Source of the DNA: Flavobacteriales bacterium
Lineage (GTDB): Bacteria > Bacteroidota > Bacteroidia > Palsa-965
Direction: 5' to 3'
Assembly: GCA_040377305.1 (NCBI GenBank)
Contig: JBEIPA010000005.1
Coordinates: 128,001 to 192,000, forward strand
Length of the DNA stretch: 64,000 nucleotides
A model generated the notes under the pieces. It had not been told where the DNA came from. It made no database searches and saw only the letters and a program-made list of their open reading frames with translations. Below, in pieces: positions 39,914 through 50,508 of the stretch. Position 1 is the first letter of the stretch, and the number at the start of each line of letters is the position of its first letter. Both the position numbers and the translations under genes were made by a program.

Positions 39914-42900
39914 ATGAATAAAATGATCCGACGAATACTCTTTTTTCTTGGCGCGGTTTTACCGGCTTTCCTGAACGCACAGTTTTATAACGGCTCACAA
40001 ACTGATTTCGGCAAAAATCGTGTGCAATACCAGGACTTCAAATGGCAATACATGCGCTTCGAGAAATACGAAGTGTATTACAACATTGGCGGACGAGAAC
40101 TTGCCGTGTATACTGCCCGTGCTGCAAAACAACACATTTCTGATATCGAAAAGTTTCTCGACTTCACACTCGAAGAACGCATCCAGTTTGTTGTGTACAA
40201 CAAGCTCGAAGATTTCAAGCAGAGCAACGCCGGTCTGATTAATGATGACGGTTCCAACGTTGGTGGAATGACGCGCATTGTCGGAAGAAAAGTTTTCATT
40301 TACTACGAAGGCGATCACGTAAAACTGGAACAACAAATTCGCGCGGGCATAGCTGAAATCGTCATCAACCAAATGATGTATGGTGGTAATATGCGCGACA
40401 TGGTGAAGAACTCAACCCTGCTTGCGCTTCCGGAATGGTATATCAAAGGTCTGGTTTCTTACATTTCTGTTGGATGGAATACAGATGTTGACAATCGTGT
40501 TCGCGATGGAATCATGACCGGTCGTTATCGTAAATTCAATCACCTCACGGGTGAAGATGCAGTTTACGCCGGACATTCAATCTGGTACTATATCGCAGAG
40601 AAATATTCACCCGCCGTCATACCGAACATTCTCTACATGACGAAAGTGAGTCGGAATGTGGAGAGCGCTTTCTTATTTGTACTCGGCGTGAACATGCGCA
40701 TCCTCACCATTGAATGGCAAAATTATTTCTCGGAGAAGTTTTCCATGAATGATACGACGCGGGTCATGCCAACGATGAAGCCAATTCTGGAGAAACCGAA
40801 GCAAACGCGTGTCTATAGTCAGGCGAAAATTAGTCCCGACGGAAGATTTGTTGCGTATGTATCGAACGAACTCGGTCAGGTGAAAATCTGGCTCCATGAA
40901 CTGGCGACCGGAAAAAAGAAGCGCTTGTTCAAAGACGGACAGAAGCTTGATCGCATCAACGATTACTCGTATCCACTACTGGCTTGGCATCCAACCGGAA
41001 ATGTGCTTTCGTGGATTTATGAAGATGAAGGCGAAACATGGCTCAATTTCTACAACATAGAAGATGAAGAGCGAATCGAAAAACCGATTTTCAATTTCAT
41101 GAAGATCATCGATTACGCCTATTCACCGAACGGACAAACGCTGGTAATGTCTGCAGTAATGCGCGGACAAACTGACATTTTCGTTTACAACATTGCAGGT
41201 GGCGGACAAATTCAGATTACGAATGATATTTACGATGATCTCAATCCGCGTTTTGTAAACGGAGGGAAAGACATCATCTTCAGTTCGAACCGTAACAGCG
41301 ATACACTCACGAAAGTTGATCCGGACGTTCATCTGAACAAATACTTTGATTTGTGGTTGTACGACTGGCAGGAGAAATCGAATGTGCTTCGTCGTGTGAC
41401 CAATACACCACAAGTGAACGAGTGGCAGGCACAACCGTGGGATTCAACACACTTCAGTTACATCAGCGATAAGAACGGAATCCGTAATCGTTACGTGGGT
41501 TACTTCGACAGCGCAGTATCTTATATTGATACAGGAATGCACTACCGCTATTTCGCCTCAAGTATTCCGGTAACGAATTACAAGTATGGAATTCTCGAGC
41601 AGGAAGTTTCTCCTTCAGCCGGAAAGCTTTCTGAAATTCTCTATCACGATGGAAAGTATTACATCTACACAGAGAATCTGCTTCCGTTCAATGAGCTTGC
41701 TGCTACACGACTCAAGAACACAACGTATCGCGAACGGGTAATCGAGCTTACGAAAATCGAAATCGAAATGGATTCGCTTGCTGAAATTCAGAAACAGCAA
41801 ACGAAGATTACGATTCCTCCGCCGCCGAAAGTCGTAACGCAACCAACACCGGTACCACAGGACTCAGGGAAGATCGATATTCGCAATTACGAGTTCGAAG
41901 GAAATCCGGCGAAGCGTATTGATCAGGTTCCTCCTCCTCCGGTTGTCAGGAATCCGGATACCACTTCGAAAGACACGTCACTCGCAATGGCGCCGGCAAA
42001 AAATGAATTCCTGTTGCCAATTGTCCGCAACTACAAAATTCAGTTTAGCACCGAGTATGTTATCAGTCAGTTGGACAACAGTTACCTGAACGCAGGTTAC
42101 CAGCGATTCACAGGTGGTGGCGCTCCGATTTATCTGAATCCGGGTTTCACCGGTTTGTTCAAGATCGGAATGACCGATATGCTGGAAGATCACAAACTGG
42201 TTGGTGGTGTTCGTCTCTCCGGCGACATCAACAACAACGAGTATGTGCTTTACTATGAAGACCGCACCAAACGCTGGGACAAGAGTTTGATGTTGCACCG
42301 TCAGTCTTTACCTGCGTTGAATCCGAACAGTCCAAGTCGCATTCACACACACGAAGGACGTTACGGTCTGAAATATCCATTCAATGAAGTGTTGAGTGTA
42401 CGCGGTTATTTCGGTTACAGAAATGACGAACGTACTTTCCTCGCGACAGATATGTTCTCCTTGAACCGCAAGAACCAGTACAACAATTCTGCGAACGTGA
42501 AGTTTGAACTCGTGTTCGACAACACCATTAAACGCGGATTGAACTTGTATAACGGAATGCGTTTCAAAGTTTTCGTGGAAACATTCCAGGGTCTTGACAG
42601 TGTATTCCAGGCGAAGAATGCAGCGAACAAATGGTTCAAGAACGATTTGTACATCGTTGGATTCGATTTCCGTCACTACCAGAAAGTGCATCGTGAAATT
42701 ATCTGGGCGAACCGCGTTTCATTCGCAACGTCATTCGGTCGCGAAAAACTGGTTTACTACATGGGTGCGGTCGACAATTGGCTCATGCCGAAGTTCGATC
42801 CGTCTGTTCAGGTTTCTCAGACCCAGAACTACACGTATCAGACACTCGCAACACCTATGCGTGGTTTCTGGCAGAACATCCGTAACGGAAATAGTTTCGC

Positions 42901-43255
42901 GATGATCAACAGTGAACTTCGTGTTCCATTGTTCCGCTACTTGTTTAACCGTCCGTTGCGTTCTGACTTCATCAACAACTTCCAGGTAATCGGATTCGGT
43001 GATATCGGAACAGCTTGGACCGGAAAGAGTCCTTATGATCCGAGCAATTCACTCAATACGCAAGTAATTGGTGCTCCCGGAAATCCTATCACCGTAATTC
43101 TTAACTCGCACAAAGAACCAATCGTTGGCGGTTATGGAATCGGATTACGCACGCGCCTCTGGGGATATTTCATTCGACTTGATTGGGGATGGGGTGTTGA
43201 GAACGGAATTGTTCAACCACGTGTTACTTACCTCTCATTCAGCTACGACTTCTAG
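39914..43255 (+). CDS. Large outer-membrane protein: peptidase-MA-like N-domain, TolB/PD40 propeller and C-terminal Omp85-like barrel
   Basis: FGKNRVQY, LPEWYIKGL, ISPDGRFVAY, YSPNG, PMRGF, GFGDIGTAW, RLDWGWG...SFSYDF. Confidence 0.75.
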   Translation: MNKMIRRILFFLGAVLPAFLNAQFYNGSQTDFGKNRVQYQDFKWQYMRFEKYEVYYNIGGRELAVYTARAAKQHISDIEKFLDFTLEERIQFVVYNKLEDFKQSNAGLINDDGSNVGGMTRIVGRKVFIYYEGDHVKLEQQIRAGIAEIVINQMMYGGNMRDMVKNSTLLALPEWYIKGLVSYISVGWNTDVDNRVRDGIMTGRYRKFNHLTGEDAVYAGHSIWYYIAEKYSPAVIPNILYMTKVSRNVESAFLFVLGVNMRILTIEWQNYFSEKFSMNDTTRVMPTMKPILEKPKQTRVYSQAKISPDGRFVAYVSNELGQVKIWLHELATGKKKRLFKDGQKLDRINDYSYPLLAWHPTGNVLSWIYEDEGETWLNFYNIEDEERIEKPIFNFMKIIDYAYSPNGQTLVMSAVMRGQTDIFVYNIAGGGQIQITNDIYDDLNPRFVNGGKDIIFSSNRNSDTLTKVDPDVHLNKYFDLWLYDWQEKSNVLRRVTNTPQVNEWQAQPWDSTHFSYISDKNGIRNRYVGYFDSAVSYIDTGMHYRYFASSIPVTNYKYGILEQEVSPSAGKLSEILYHDGKYYIYTENLLPFNELAATRLKNTTYRERVIELTKIEIEMDSLAEIQKQQTKITIPPPPKVVTQPTPVPQDSGKIDIRNYEFEGNPAKRIDQVPPPPVVRNPDTTSKDTSLAMAPAKNEFLLPIVRNYKIQFSTEYVISQLDNSYLNAGYQRFTGGGAPIYLNPGFTGLFKIGMTDMLEDHKLVGGVRLSGDINNNEYVLYYEDRTKRWDKSLMLHRQSLPALNPNSPSRIHTHEGRYGLKYPFNEVLSVRGYFGYRNDERTFLATDMFSLNRKNQYNNSANVKFELVFDNTIKRGLNLYNGMRFKVFVETFQGLDSVFQAKNAANKWFKNDLYIVGFDFRHYQKVHREIIWANRVSFATSFGREKLVYYMGAVDNWLMPKFDPSVQVSQTQNYTYQTLATPMRGFWQNIRNGNSFAMINSELRVPLFRYLFNRPLRSDFINNFQVIGFGDIGTAWTGKSPYDPSNSLNTQVIGAPGNPITVILNSHKEPIVGGYGIGLRTRLWGYFIRLDWGWGVENGIVQPRVTYLSFSYDF

Positions 43256-43261
43256 AACTGT

Positions 43262-44479
43262 ATGGAGGAAGACAAATCCCTGCTGAATGCAGTTCAGGAA
43301 GCTGCAAAGAATTTACTTCCGAGAGTAATCAACATCCGCAGACATTTACATGCGAATCCTGAATTGTCGTTCAAAGAATTCAAGACCGCGGAATTTGTCA
43401 CCGATGAATTAGAAGCGATGGGGATTTCCTGCGAGCGCATGAGCTCAACCGGAGTCGTTGCATTGATACACGGATCGAAGGGAGAAGGAACCACGATTGC
43501 ACTGCGAGCAGATCTTGATGCATTGCCAATCACCGAAAAGAATTCCACCGAATACGTTTCGAAGAACGAAGGCGTGATGCATGCATGCGGACATGATGTT
43601 CACGCGGCATCATTACTTGGTGCGGCACAAATCCTGAATGGGATGCGTGAACATTTCGCCGGAACGATCAAACTGATTTTTCAACCGGGAGAAGAAGTGC
43701 TTCCTGGTGGTGCGTCCATTATGATCAAAGACGGCGTGCTTGAAAATCCGGGGCCGGAATCTATTTTCGCGCAACACGTCTTCCCTTCTCTGCCAGCGGG
43801 CAAAGTTGGTTTCCGCAGCGGCATGTACATGGCATCGACCGATGAACTGCATGTGACTGTTTACGGAAAAGGTGGTCACGCGGCGATGGTGAATGAGTAC
43901 GTGAATCCGATTCTGATTGCCTCTACGATCGTTGCTGCACTTCATGCATTTATCATGGACAAGCAAACACGTTTGGGTTCTGCCAATGAAACGCCGACTG
44001 TACTTGCATTCGGAAAAATAGAAGGTAAAGGCGCAACCAATGTGATTCCGGAAACCGTTTCTATGGAAGGAACATTCCGCACCATGAATGAAGAGTGGAG
44101 AGAGAAAGCACACGAGTTCATGATTCGCACGTCGGAAGGCATCGCGAAAGAAATGGGCGGTCGTTGTGAATTCAGAGTTGTACGCGGTTATCCGGTTTTG
44201 TTCAACGATGCAGAAATTACAGAGCGCGCACGTTGGGCTGCTGAAGAATATCTCGGCAATCACAACGTAGTGGATCTTGAAATGCGAATGACGGCAGAAG
44301 ATTTTGCATTCTACTCCCAGAAAATTCCGGCATGTTTCTACCGATTAGGAACAGCTTCTACTGATGGCAAATTCACAGCAGGTGTTCACTCGCCTGTTTT
44401 CGACATCGACGAGAAAGCTTTGCAAACCGGAGCCGGATTGCTTGCATGGATTGCACTCAACGAACTTCGTAACCAGTGA
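43262..44479 (+). CDS. M20-family amidohydrolase
   Basis: RRHLHANPELS, LRADLDALP, MHACGHD, FQPGEE, AEDF. Confidence 0.93.
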   Translation: MEEDKSLLNAVQEAAKNLLPRVINIRRHLHANPELSFKEFKTAEFVTDELEAMGISCERMSSTGVVALIHGSKGEGTTIALRADLDALPITEKNSTEYVSKNEGVMHACGHDVHAASLLGAAQILNGMREHFAGTIKLIFQPGEEVLPGGASIMIKDGVLENPGPESIFAQHVFPSLPAGKVGFRSGMYMASTDELHVTVYGKGGHAAMVNEYVNPILIASTIVAALHAFIMDKQTRLGSANETPTVLAFGKIEGKGATNVIPETVSMEGTFRTMNEEWREKAHEFMIRTSEGIAKEMGGRCEFRVVRGYPVLFNDAEITERARWAAEEYLGNHNVVDLEMRMTAEDFAFYSQKIPACFYRLGTASTDGKFTAGVHSPVFDIDEKALQTGAGLLAWIALNELRNQ

Positions 44480-45885
44480 GAAAGTTTGCGCTGACTGCAT
44501 CAATTCTTGTTGCGGCAGTTGTGCAGCTGTTGTTCACTTCCTGTGGCAATGATCTTCCAATTGATTCTCCCGAAGACAGTATACCTCTTCCTTTTCCACA
44601 ATATACTTTCGAGCTAAGAGATTCCACATTCAGAAACGGCTGTTTTTTGGTTTCGCTTTTCGGAACGCAGAAAGAAGCCGACAAGCACAAGTGCTCCATT
44701 TTCATTCTCGATGCAAGTGGTGCAACAGTGTGGTGCAAACCCAATACAGATTGGTCCAACTTTCAGATTCACGAAGAAGGTTGGTATTCGTATTATCGCG
44801 AGGGAAAATACTACATACTCGATTCAAAATTCCAGCTAACAGATTCGGTCTGGTGCGTGAATGGTGCGCAAACAGATGCCCACGAATTGATCTGGGAATA
44901 CGAAACGCATCACTACATTCTCATTGGAACACGCACAGATACGGTTGATGCGTCCGGAATGGGACGGCCAAATGGTTCATCGTGGCGGGGCGCAAAGAAA
45001 TGTGCGGTCAAATACGGTGTCATTCAGGAACTCGACGAAGAGAATAATCTCGTGTGGGAATGGAACTCAAAAGGTCATTTTCTCAGTGAAAACATGGATC
45101 GTGCCTTTCTGCAGGATTCGTTCAAACTAGACATGCCGCACTTTAATTCCATAGATATTGATTCTGCCGGCAACTTTTTGATTTCAGCGCGTTATACCCA
45201 TGAAGTGATCTACCTGAACCGACAAACTGATTCCATTGAATGGAGACTGGGAGGCAATCTTTCCGATTTCACATTCGTGAATGATTCACTCCCGTTTTTG
45301 GGTCAGCACCAGGCGCGTTGGCTCACCGGCGGAAGTATTCTGTTGTACGATAACGGCTACAGCCATCCGGGCAACACACACAATTCGCGCAGCATAGAAT
45401 ACAAATTGGACATGGCAGCAAAAACTGCAACACGTGTCTGGTCGTGGAGCTACCCGAAAGACCTCATTGCAGAATCGACTGGAGGAACACAAAGATTAAA
45501 TGATGGTCGTACGCTAGTGAGTTTCGGAAAGCTTGTAGATAGAAAACCGAATGTGTTGTTTGCTGTCGTTGACGCAGAAGGCTCTATAGATGTTGAATGT
45601 TCGTTCAATGATACGCTGGGAACCTACCGCACTTATTTTACCGAACAGATGATTGTAGGCCCGGATATGCCCAACGTAAATCTCTACATACAGAACGGAG
45701 AATATTGGCTGGCGACTTCCGATCATTCGGTGGTGTTGTGGTCGAACGGAATTGTTGGGAATGGAATTCGTGTTTACAAGCCTGGCGTCTATCAGTGCTT
45801 CCGGAAGAATGCGGATGGATCGTATACGGGAACTTTTGCAATTCCGGTTACTCAGGCAGAGTTGGACGGGTTAATGTTACAGTAA
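44476..45885 (+). CDS. Aryl-sulfate sulfotransferase (ASST)-like lipoprotein
   Basis: Lipobox FTSC, DAHE, HFNSI, ISARY, GQHQAR, LLYDNG. Confidence 0.8.
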   Translation: MRKFALTASILVAAVVQLLFTSCGNDLPIDSPEDSIPLPFPQYTFELRDSTFRNGCFLVSLFGTQKEADKHKCSIFILDASGATVWCKPNTDWSNFQIHEEGWYSYYREGKYYILDSKFQLTDSVWCVNGAQTDAHELIWEYETHHYILIGTRTDTVDASGMGRPNGSSWRGAKKCAVKYGVIQELDEENNLVWEWNSKGHFLSENMDRAFLQDSFKLDMPHFNSIDIDSAGNFLISARYTHEVIYLNRQTDSIEWRLGGNLSDFTFVNDSLPFLGQHQARWLTGGSILLYDNGYSHPGNTHNSRSIEYKLDMAAKTATRVWSWSYPKDLIAESTGGTQRLNDGRTLVSFGKLVDRKPNVLFAVVDAEGSIDVECSFNDTLGTYRTYFTEQMIVGPDMPNVNLYIQNGEYWLATSDHSVVLWSNGIVGNGIRVYKPGVYQCFRKNADGSYTGTFAIPVTQAELDGLMLQ

Positions 45886-45901
45886 CCGTTAACTTCGCAC
45901 C

Positions 45902-46567
45902 ATGAAATTCACCGGCAACGTCATCCCCTCTACGCTCTCCACTTCCGAACAGGAAATGCTGGACAAGGGAATTGCTTTGCCCTTGATGGAAGAGTTCTAT
46001 ACGATTCAGGGAGAAGGATTTCATACGGGAAAACCAGCCTACTTCATTCGCGTAGGCGGTTGCGATGTAGGTTGTCACTGGTGTGATGTGAAAGAGAGCT
46101 GGGATGCAAATCTTCATCCGCTAACGAAAGCCGACCAGATTGTAGCGAATGCCTTGCAACATCCTGCCCGTGCGGTCGTTGTTACCGGAGGAGAACCTTC
46201 TGCGTTTCAGATGGATTATCTGACCAAAAAGCTCAAGGAAAACGGTGTGCAAACGTACATTGAGACCTCGGGAAGCTATCCGTTAACCGGAAACTGGGAC
46301 TGGATTTGCCTATCACCGAAAAAAACATTGCCACCGAAGACTGAAAACTACAGTAAGGCACACGAATTGAAAGTAATCATTCACAATAAAGATGATTTCC
46401 GCTGGGCGGAGGAACAGGCTGCACTCGTTAACAAAGATTGTATGCTTTTTCTTCAACCGGAGTGGAGTAAATCAAACGAAATGATGCCGTTGATCGTTGA
46501 TTATGTGATGGCGAATCCACGGTGGAATGTTTCGTTGCAAACGCATAAGTACATGCACATCCCATAA
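45902..46567 (+). CDS. queE: 7-carboxy-7-deazaguanine synthase (radical SAM)
   Basis: FYTIQGEG, CDVGCHWCD, VTGGEP, LQTHK. Confidence 0.93.
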   Translation: MKFTGNVIPSTLSTSEQEMLDKGIALPLMEEFYTIQGEGFHTGKPAYFIRVGGCDVGCHWCDVKESWDANLHPLTKADQIVANALQHPARAVVVTGGEPSAFQMDYLTKKLKENGVQTYIETSGSYPLTGNWDWICLSPKKTLPPKTENYSKAHELKVIIHNKDDFRWAEEQAALVNKDCMLFLQPEWSKSNEMMPLIVDYVMANPRWNVSLQTHKYMHIP

Positions 46568-46636
46568 CAATGCGCAGTGCGCAAGTACCAGTGCGCAATA
46601 CGCAGTTACGGAATGTTCATTTAAGAAATTTAGACT

Positions 46637-48598
46637 ATGAAAAACACGATTCTCGTTCTGCTACTACTGTTTGGTCTTGTTTCCTGCAAGGCACAGACTC
46701 CGTTAACAACGAAAAGCAAGAAGGCTGAGAAAGCATACAACCTTGCGATTCAGTACATGGACTTGTTCCAGTGGGACAAAGCGCTTGTGGAGTTGCAGAA
46801 AGCAAAAGAGGCCGATCCGAATTTCGTTGAAGCGTATACGTTGCAGGCGAATCTTCATTTGCAATTGCGTGAGTGGGATAAAGCAGAAGTGGAATTTGAA
46901 AAAGCATTTGCGATTAATCCAACATTCTTCCCGGGATCGTTTTACGATTGTGCGAATGCAGAAATGAAGCAGGGAAAATACGCCGAAGCAAAAGCACATT
47001 TCGAAGAGTTCAAGAAAACACGTCGTTCGAGTACACCACAGCGGTTGGTTGATGATACGGAAAGGCAAATCGCGAATTGTGATTTTGCGATTAAAGCAAT
47101 TGCGAATCCAGTTCCGTTCAAGCCAATGAATATGGGTATTGGAATCAACTCAAAAGATTGCGAGTACTTTCCGAATGTCACTGCAGACGATAACACATTT
47201 CTCTTCACACGAAATGCATTGACGAAGAATCCGAACGGCGTGGGTCAGCGCGACCAGGAAGATTTTTACATCTCCTACAAAGGTGACGACGGCGCGTGGA
47301 GTACAGCTGCGCCCTTGAGCAGCATCAACACTCCAACGAATGAAGGTGCGCCTTCGCTTTCTGCGGATGGACGTTATTTATATTTCGCAGCCTGCGAAGA
47401 AATGGATGGTTACGGCGGAGGCAGAATGGGTTACGGAAGTTGCGATATTTTCTTCACGCAAAAAGTGAATGGTCAGTGGACACGCGCGGTGAATGTCGGC
47501 ACACCCGTAAATACTGCTGCATGGGAAACACAACCTTCTTTCTCTTCGGATGGAAGAACGTTGTATTACATCAGCAATCGCAGAGATGGATTAGGAAGCA
47601 GTGATATCTGGATGTGTATGCTGAACGATTCGGGGAAATGGGGCAAACCTGTGAACCTCGGAAAAGACATCAACACAACCGGAAAAGAGGAAGCCGTATT
47701 TATTCACCCGGATAATCAGACCTTGTATTTCGCTTCTGATGGTCACACCGGAATGGGCGGATTGGATTTGTACATCTGTCGCCGCGATTCACTGGGCAAT
47801 TGGGGCAAACCAGTTAACCTCGGTTATCCGATCAACACGTTTGCAGATGAAAGCGGATTGATTGTAAACGGTGCTGGTAATCTCGCTTACTTCTCCAGTA
47901 CACGCGACGGCACAACAGGGTGCGATGACATTTACTACTTCGAAATTCCAGTGCCACTCCAACCTGTTGCGGTGACGTACATGAAAGGAAAAGTGTACGA
48001 CATCAAAACGAAAGCTCCGCTGGGTGCATCCTTCGATCTGATTGATCTCGCAACTGGAAAAACGATCATATCATCCATGTCTGATCCGGTTACAGGAGAA
48101 TTTCTCGTGTGTATTCCACAGAACAAAAACTACGCATTGAATGTGAATCGCGGTGGATACATGCCGTATTCCGAATCATTCTGGATGATGGAATCAACTA
48201 ATCCAGGTCAGCCTTACTACATGGACGTTCCATTGACGCCGGTAGCCATTGACGCACCTACTGTGCTGAAGAACGTGTATTTCGACATCGACAAATGGGA
48301 TCTGAAACCAACTTCCACTGCCGAACTTGATCGTATGGTGAAGTGGCTCAAAGCGAATCCGAATATCAAAGGCGAAATTGGCGGTCACACGGATAACACC
48401 GGCGACAAGAAACACAACCAGGAACTTTCTCAGAAGCGCGCGAAGTCGGTGTACGATTATCTCGTAGCTCATGGCATTGACGCAACACGTCTCACGTACA
48501 AAGGGTATGGAGATGCCGTGCCGCTTTATGCGAATGACACGCCGGAGCACAAGCAGATGAACAGGCGCACGGAGTTCAAGATTACGAGTGTGAAGTAG
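46637..48598 (+). CDS. PorE-like lipoprotein: TPR, PD40 repeats and OmpA_C
   Basis: Lipobox LVSC, TPR helices, PSLSADGR / NLG..INT repeats, GHTDNTG...NRRTEF. Confidence 0.9.
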   Translation: MKNTILVLLLLFGLVSCKAQTPLTTKSKKAEKAYNLAIQYMDLFQWDKALVELQKAKEADPNFVEAYTLQANLHLQLREWDKAEVEFEKAFAINPTFFPGSFYDCANAEMKQGKYAEAKAHFEEFKKTRRSSTPQRLVDDTERQIANCDFAIKAIANPVPFKPMNMGIGINSKDCEYFPNVTADDNTFLFTRNALTKNPNGVGQRDQEDFYISYKGDDGAWSTAAPLSSINTPTNEGAPSLSADGRYLYFAACEEMDGYGGGRMGYGSCDIFFTQKVNGQWTRAVNVGTPVNTAAWETQPSFSSDGRTLYYISNRRDGLGSSDIWMCMLNDSGKWGKPVNLGKDINTTGKEEAVFIHPDNQTLYFASDGHTGMGGLDLYICRRDSLGNWGKPVNLGYPINTFADESGLIVNGAGNLAYFSSTRDGTTGCDDIYYFEIPVPLQPVAVTYMKGKVYDIKTKAPLGASFDLIDLATGKTIISSMSDPVTGEFLVCIPQNKNYALNVNRGGYMPYSESFWMMESTNPGQPYYMDVPLTPVAIDAPTVLKNVYFDIDKWDLKPTSTAELDRMVKWLKANPNIKGEIGGHTDNTGDKKHNQELSQKRAKSVYDYLVAHGIDATRLTYKGYGDAVPLYANDTPEHKQMNRRTEFKITSVK

Positions 48599-48754
48599 TT
48601 GTATTGACCCTACAGGGCAAGGGGGTTTTCTTCAGAGGTTTTTTATGCATGTTTGGCTTCTATGAAGCCATGAATATATCACAGGTCCTGTAGGGACCAA
48701 ACATGCATAAAAAACGTAACCCGCACGCCCCCTTGCCCTGTAGGGGCAAAACAA
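48599..48754. repeat. REPIN-like nested inverted-repeat element
   Basis: Outer arms 48599-48625 and 48728-48754 match 25/27. Inner arms 48638-48656 and 48697-48715 match 19/19. Four small hairpins. Confidence 0.9.
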
Positions 48755-48773
48755 ATCAGAGTATATTAGTGTA

Positions 48774-49544
48774 ATGTCCGTCTGGTCTAACGTTCGAGCT
48801 TATCTCCGTCACCGCCGAAATGCAGTGACCAAGCACGGTGTACACTCGCCATTTGTGTTTGATCTGGTGACGAAAACATTTCCGAACGACGAAACCGATT
48901 TCACCACTTTCCCTGCAGAAAAATGGCGTGAAGAATGCCTGGCGAATCACAACACGATTGAGGTTCGTGATTTCGGCACTGGAAAATCCGGTCCGCGAAA
49001 AATAGCTGCAATTGCCCGTCGCGCGGCGAAGTCCCCGAAAGAAGGACGGTTACTGTATCGTGTTACAAAACGTTTCCAGCCGAAAACCATTCTTGAACTT
49101 GGAACGTCAATTGGCATTTCAGCGATGTATATGCGCGCGGGAACATCTGATGCAAAAATTGTGACCATTGAAGGTTGTCCGGAAACGGCACGAGTTGCGC
49201 GGGAAGGAATGAATAAGCACGGTATTGCCGCTGATGTTCGTGTTGGGGACTTCTCTTCTACGCTATCCGGAGTACTCGAAGAACTGAAGTCGATTGATTT
49301 AGTTTACATCGATGGCAATCACCGCCGTCAACCAACGCTTGATTACTTCCATGCAATCCGCAAGTATTCGCACAACGAAACCGTTTTCATTTTCGACGAT
49401 ATTCATTGGTCAGTCGAAATGGAAGAAGCGTGGAAGGAAATTATTGCGGATAAAGATGTGCATGTGAGTTTGGATGTTTTTCATTTTGGACTGGTGTTCT
49501 TTAGATCTCAGCAGGTGAAGGAGCATTTTGTGTTGCGTTGGTAA
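48774..49544 (+). CDS. Class I SAM-dependent methyltransferase
   Basis: HGVHSPFVF, LELGTSIG, YIDGNH, FDDIHWS. Confidence 0.9.
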   Translation: MSVWSNVRAYLRHRRNAVTKHGVHSPFVFDLVTKTFPNDETDFTTFPAEKWREECLANHNTIEVRDFGTGKSGPRKIAAIARRAAKSPKEGRLLYRVTKRFQPKTILELGTSIGISAMYMRAGTSDAKIVTIEGCPETARVAREGMNKHGIAADVRVGDFSSTLSGVLEELKSIDLVYIDGNHRRQPTLDYFHAIRKYSHNETVFIFDDIHWSVEMEEAWKEIIADKDVHVSLDVFHFGLVFFRSQQVKEHFVLRW

Positions 49545-49553
49545 ATTCTCGGC

Positions 49554-49726
49554 TGCCTGCGGCGCTCTACACGGCGGCACAGCGTTACGGAGCGCTTTGT
49601 TTTCTATTCTAAGCCCACGAGAAACGGAGGATCGCTGAGCGATCCGTTTCCGCCCCGTGCCGCGTGGGTTTAGAATTAGCAATCCTTCTCCGTTTCGCTG
49701 TGCCGCCGTGTAAAGCGCCGCAGGCA
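49554..49726. repeat. 173-bp fold-back (MITE-like) element
   Basis: 39-nt arms TGCCTGCGGCGCT.TACACGGCGGCACAGCG..ACGGAG with 3 mismatches, plus inner stems. A related half copy lies at 58099-58139. Confidence 0.85.
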
Positions 49727-49744
49727 TTCACTATCTTTGGTGGG

Positions 49745-50470
49745 ATGTTAGAAACGATCATCAAGCTTGATCACATGCGCCGCGAATACCACGTTGGCAG
49801 CGAGCACATTCTTGCGCTTCGCGATGTATCACTTGAAATTTACAAGGGAGATTATGTGGCGATGATGGGCCCATCGGGTTCCGGAAAATCCACGCTAATG
49901 AATATGATCGGTTGTTTAGATACACCGACCAGCGGAGAATATATTCTCAACAAGAAATCGGTTGCGAATATGAGCGACAACGAACTTGCTGAAGTGCGCA
50001 ACAAAGACATTGGTTTCGTTTTTCAGACGTTCAATCTTTTGCCGCGACAAACCGCATTGGAGAATGTTATGCTCCCGTTGGTGTACGCAGGTCTTTCTAA
50101 GGCTCAACGCATTGTCAAAGCAGAGTTTGCTCTTGAGCAGGTTGGATTGAAAGACCGGATGCATCATCGTCCGAATGAACTTTCAGGCGGACAACGTCAG
50201 CGTGTTGCGATTGCTCGCGCGCTTGTAAATAATCCTGCTATTATTCTCGCCGATGAACCAACCGGTAACCTCGATTCGAAAACATCGGAGGAGATCATGG
50301 GCTTGTTCGAAGCAATTCATAAGGCAGGAAACACGATAATAGTAGTTACACACGAAGAAGATATTGCACAATATGCACACCGTATTGTTCGATTACGCGA
50401 CGGATTGGTAGAGCGTGATTATCCGAACGAGAACGTACGTCAGGTTGCAGTTCCCACTCTCCACGTGTAA
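49745..50470 (+). CDS. LolD/MacB-type ABC ATP-binding protein
   Basis: [32 protein letters not shown]. Confidence 0.93.
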   Translation: MLETIIKLDHMRREYHVGSEHILALRDVSLEIYKGDYVAMMGPSGSGKSTLMNMIGCLDTPTSGEYILNKKSVANMSDNELAEVRNKDIGFVFQTFNLLPRQTALENVMLPLVYAGLSKAQRIVKAEFALEQVGLKDRMHHRPNELSGGQRQRVAIARALVNNPAIILADEPTGNLDSKTSEEIMGLFEAIHKAGNTIIVVTHEEDIAQYAHRIVRLRDGLVERDYPNENVRQVAVPTLHV

Positions 50471-50508
50471 GTCTGACAAGCAAGTAATAGTCATTAAACC
50501 CATGAACT

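Noticed and set aside
45902-46567. queE as part of a 7-deazaguanine DNA-modification (dpd) defence island
   Set aside because: No dpdA/tgt-like or other que genes are nearby, and the context is housekeeping.
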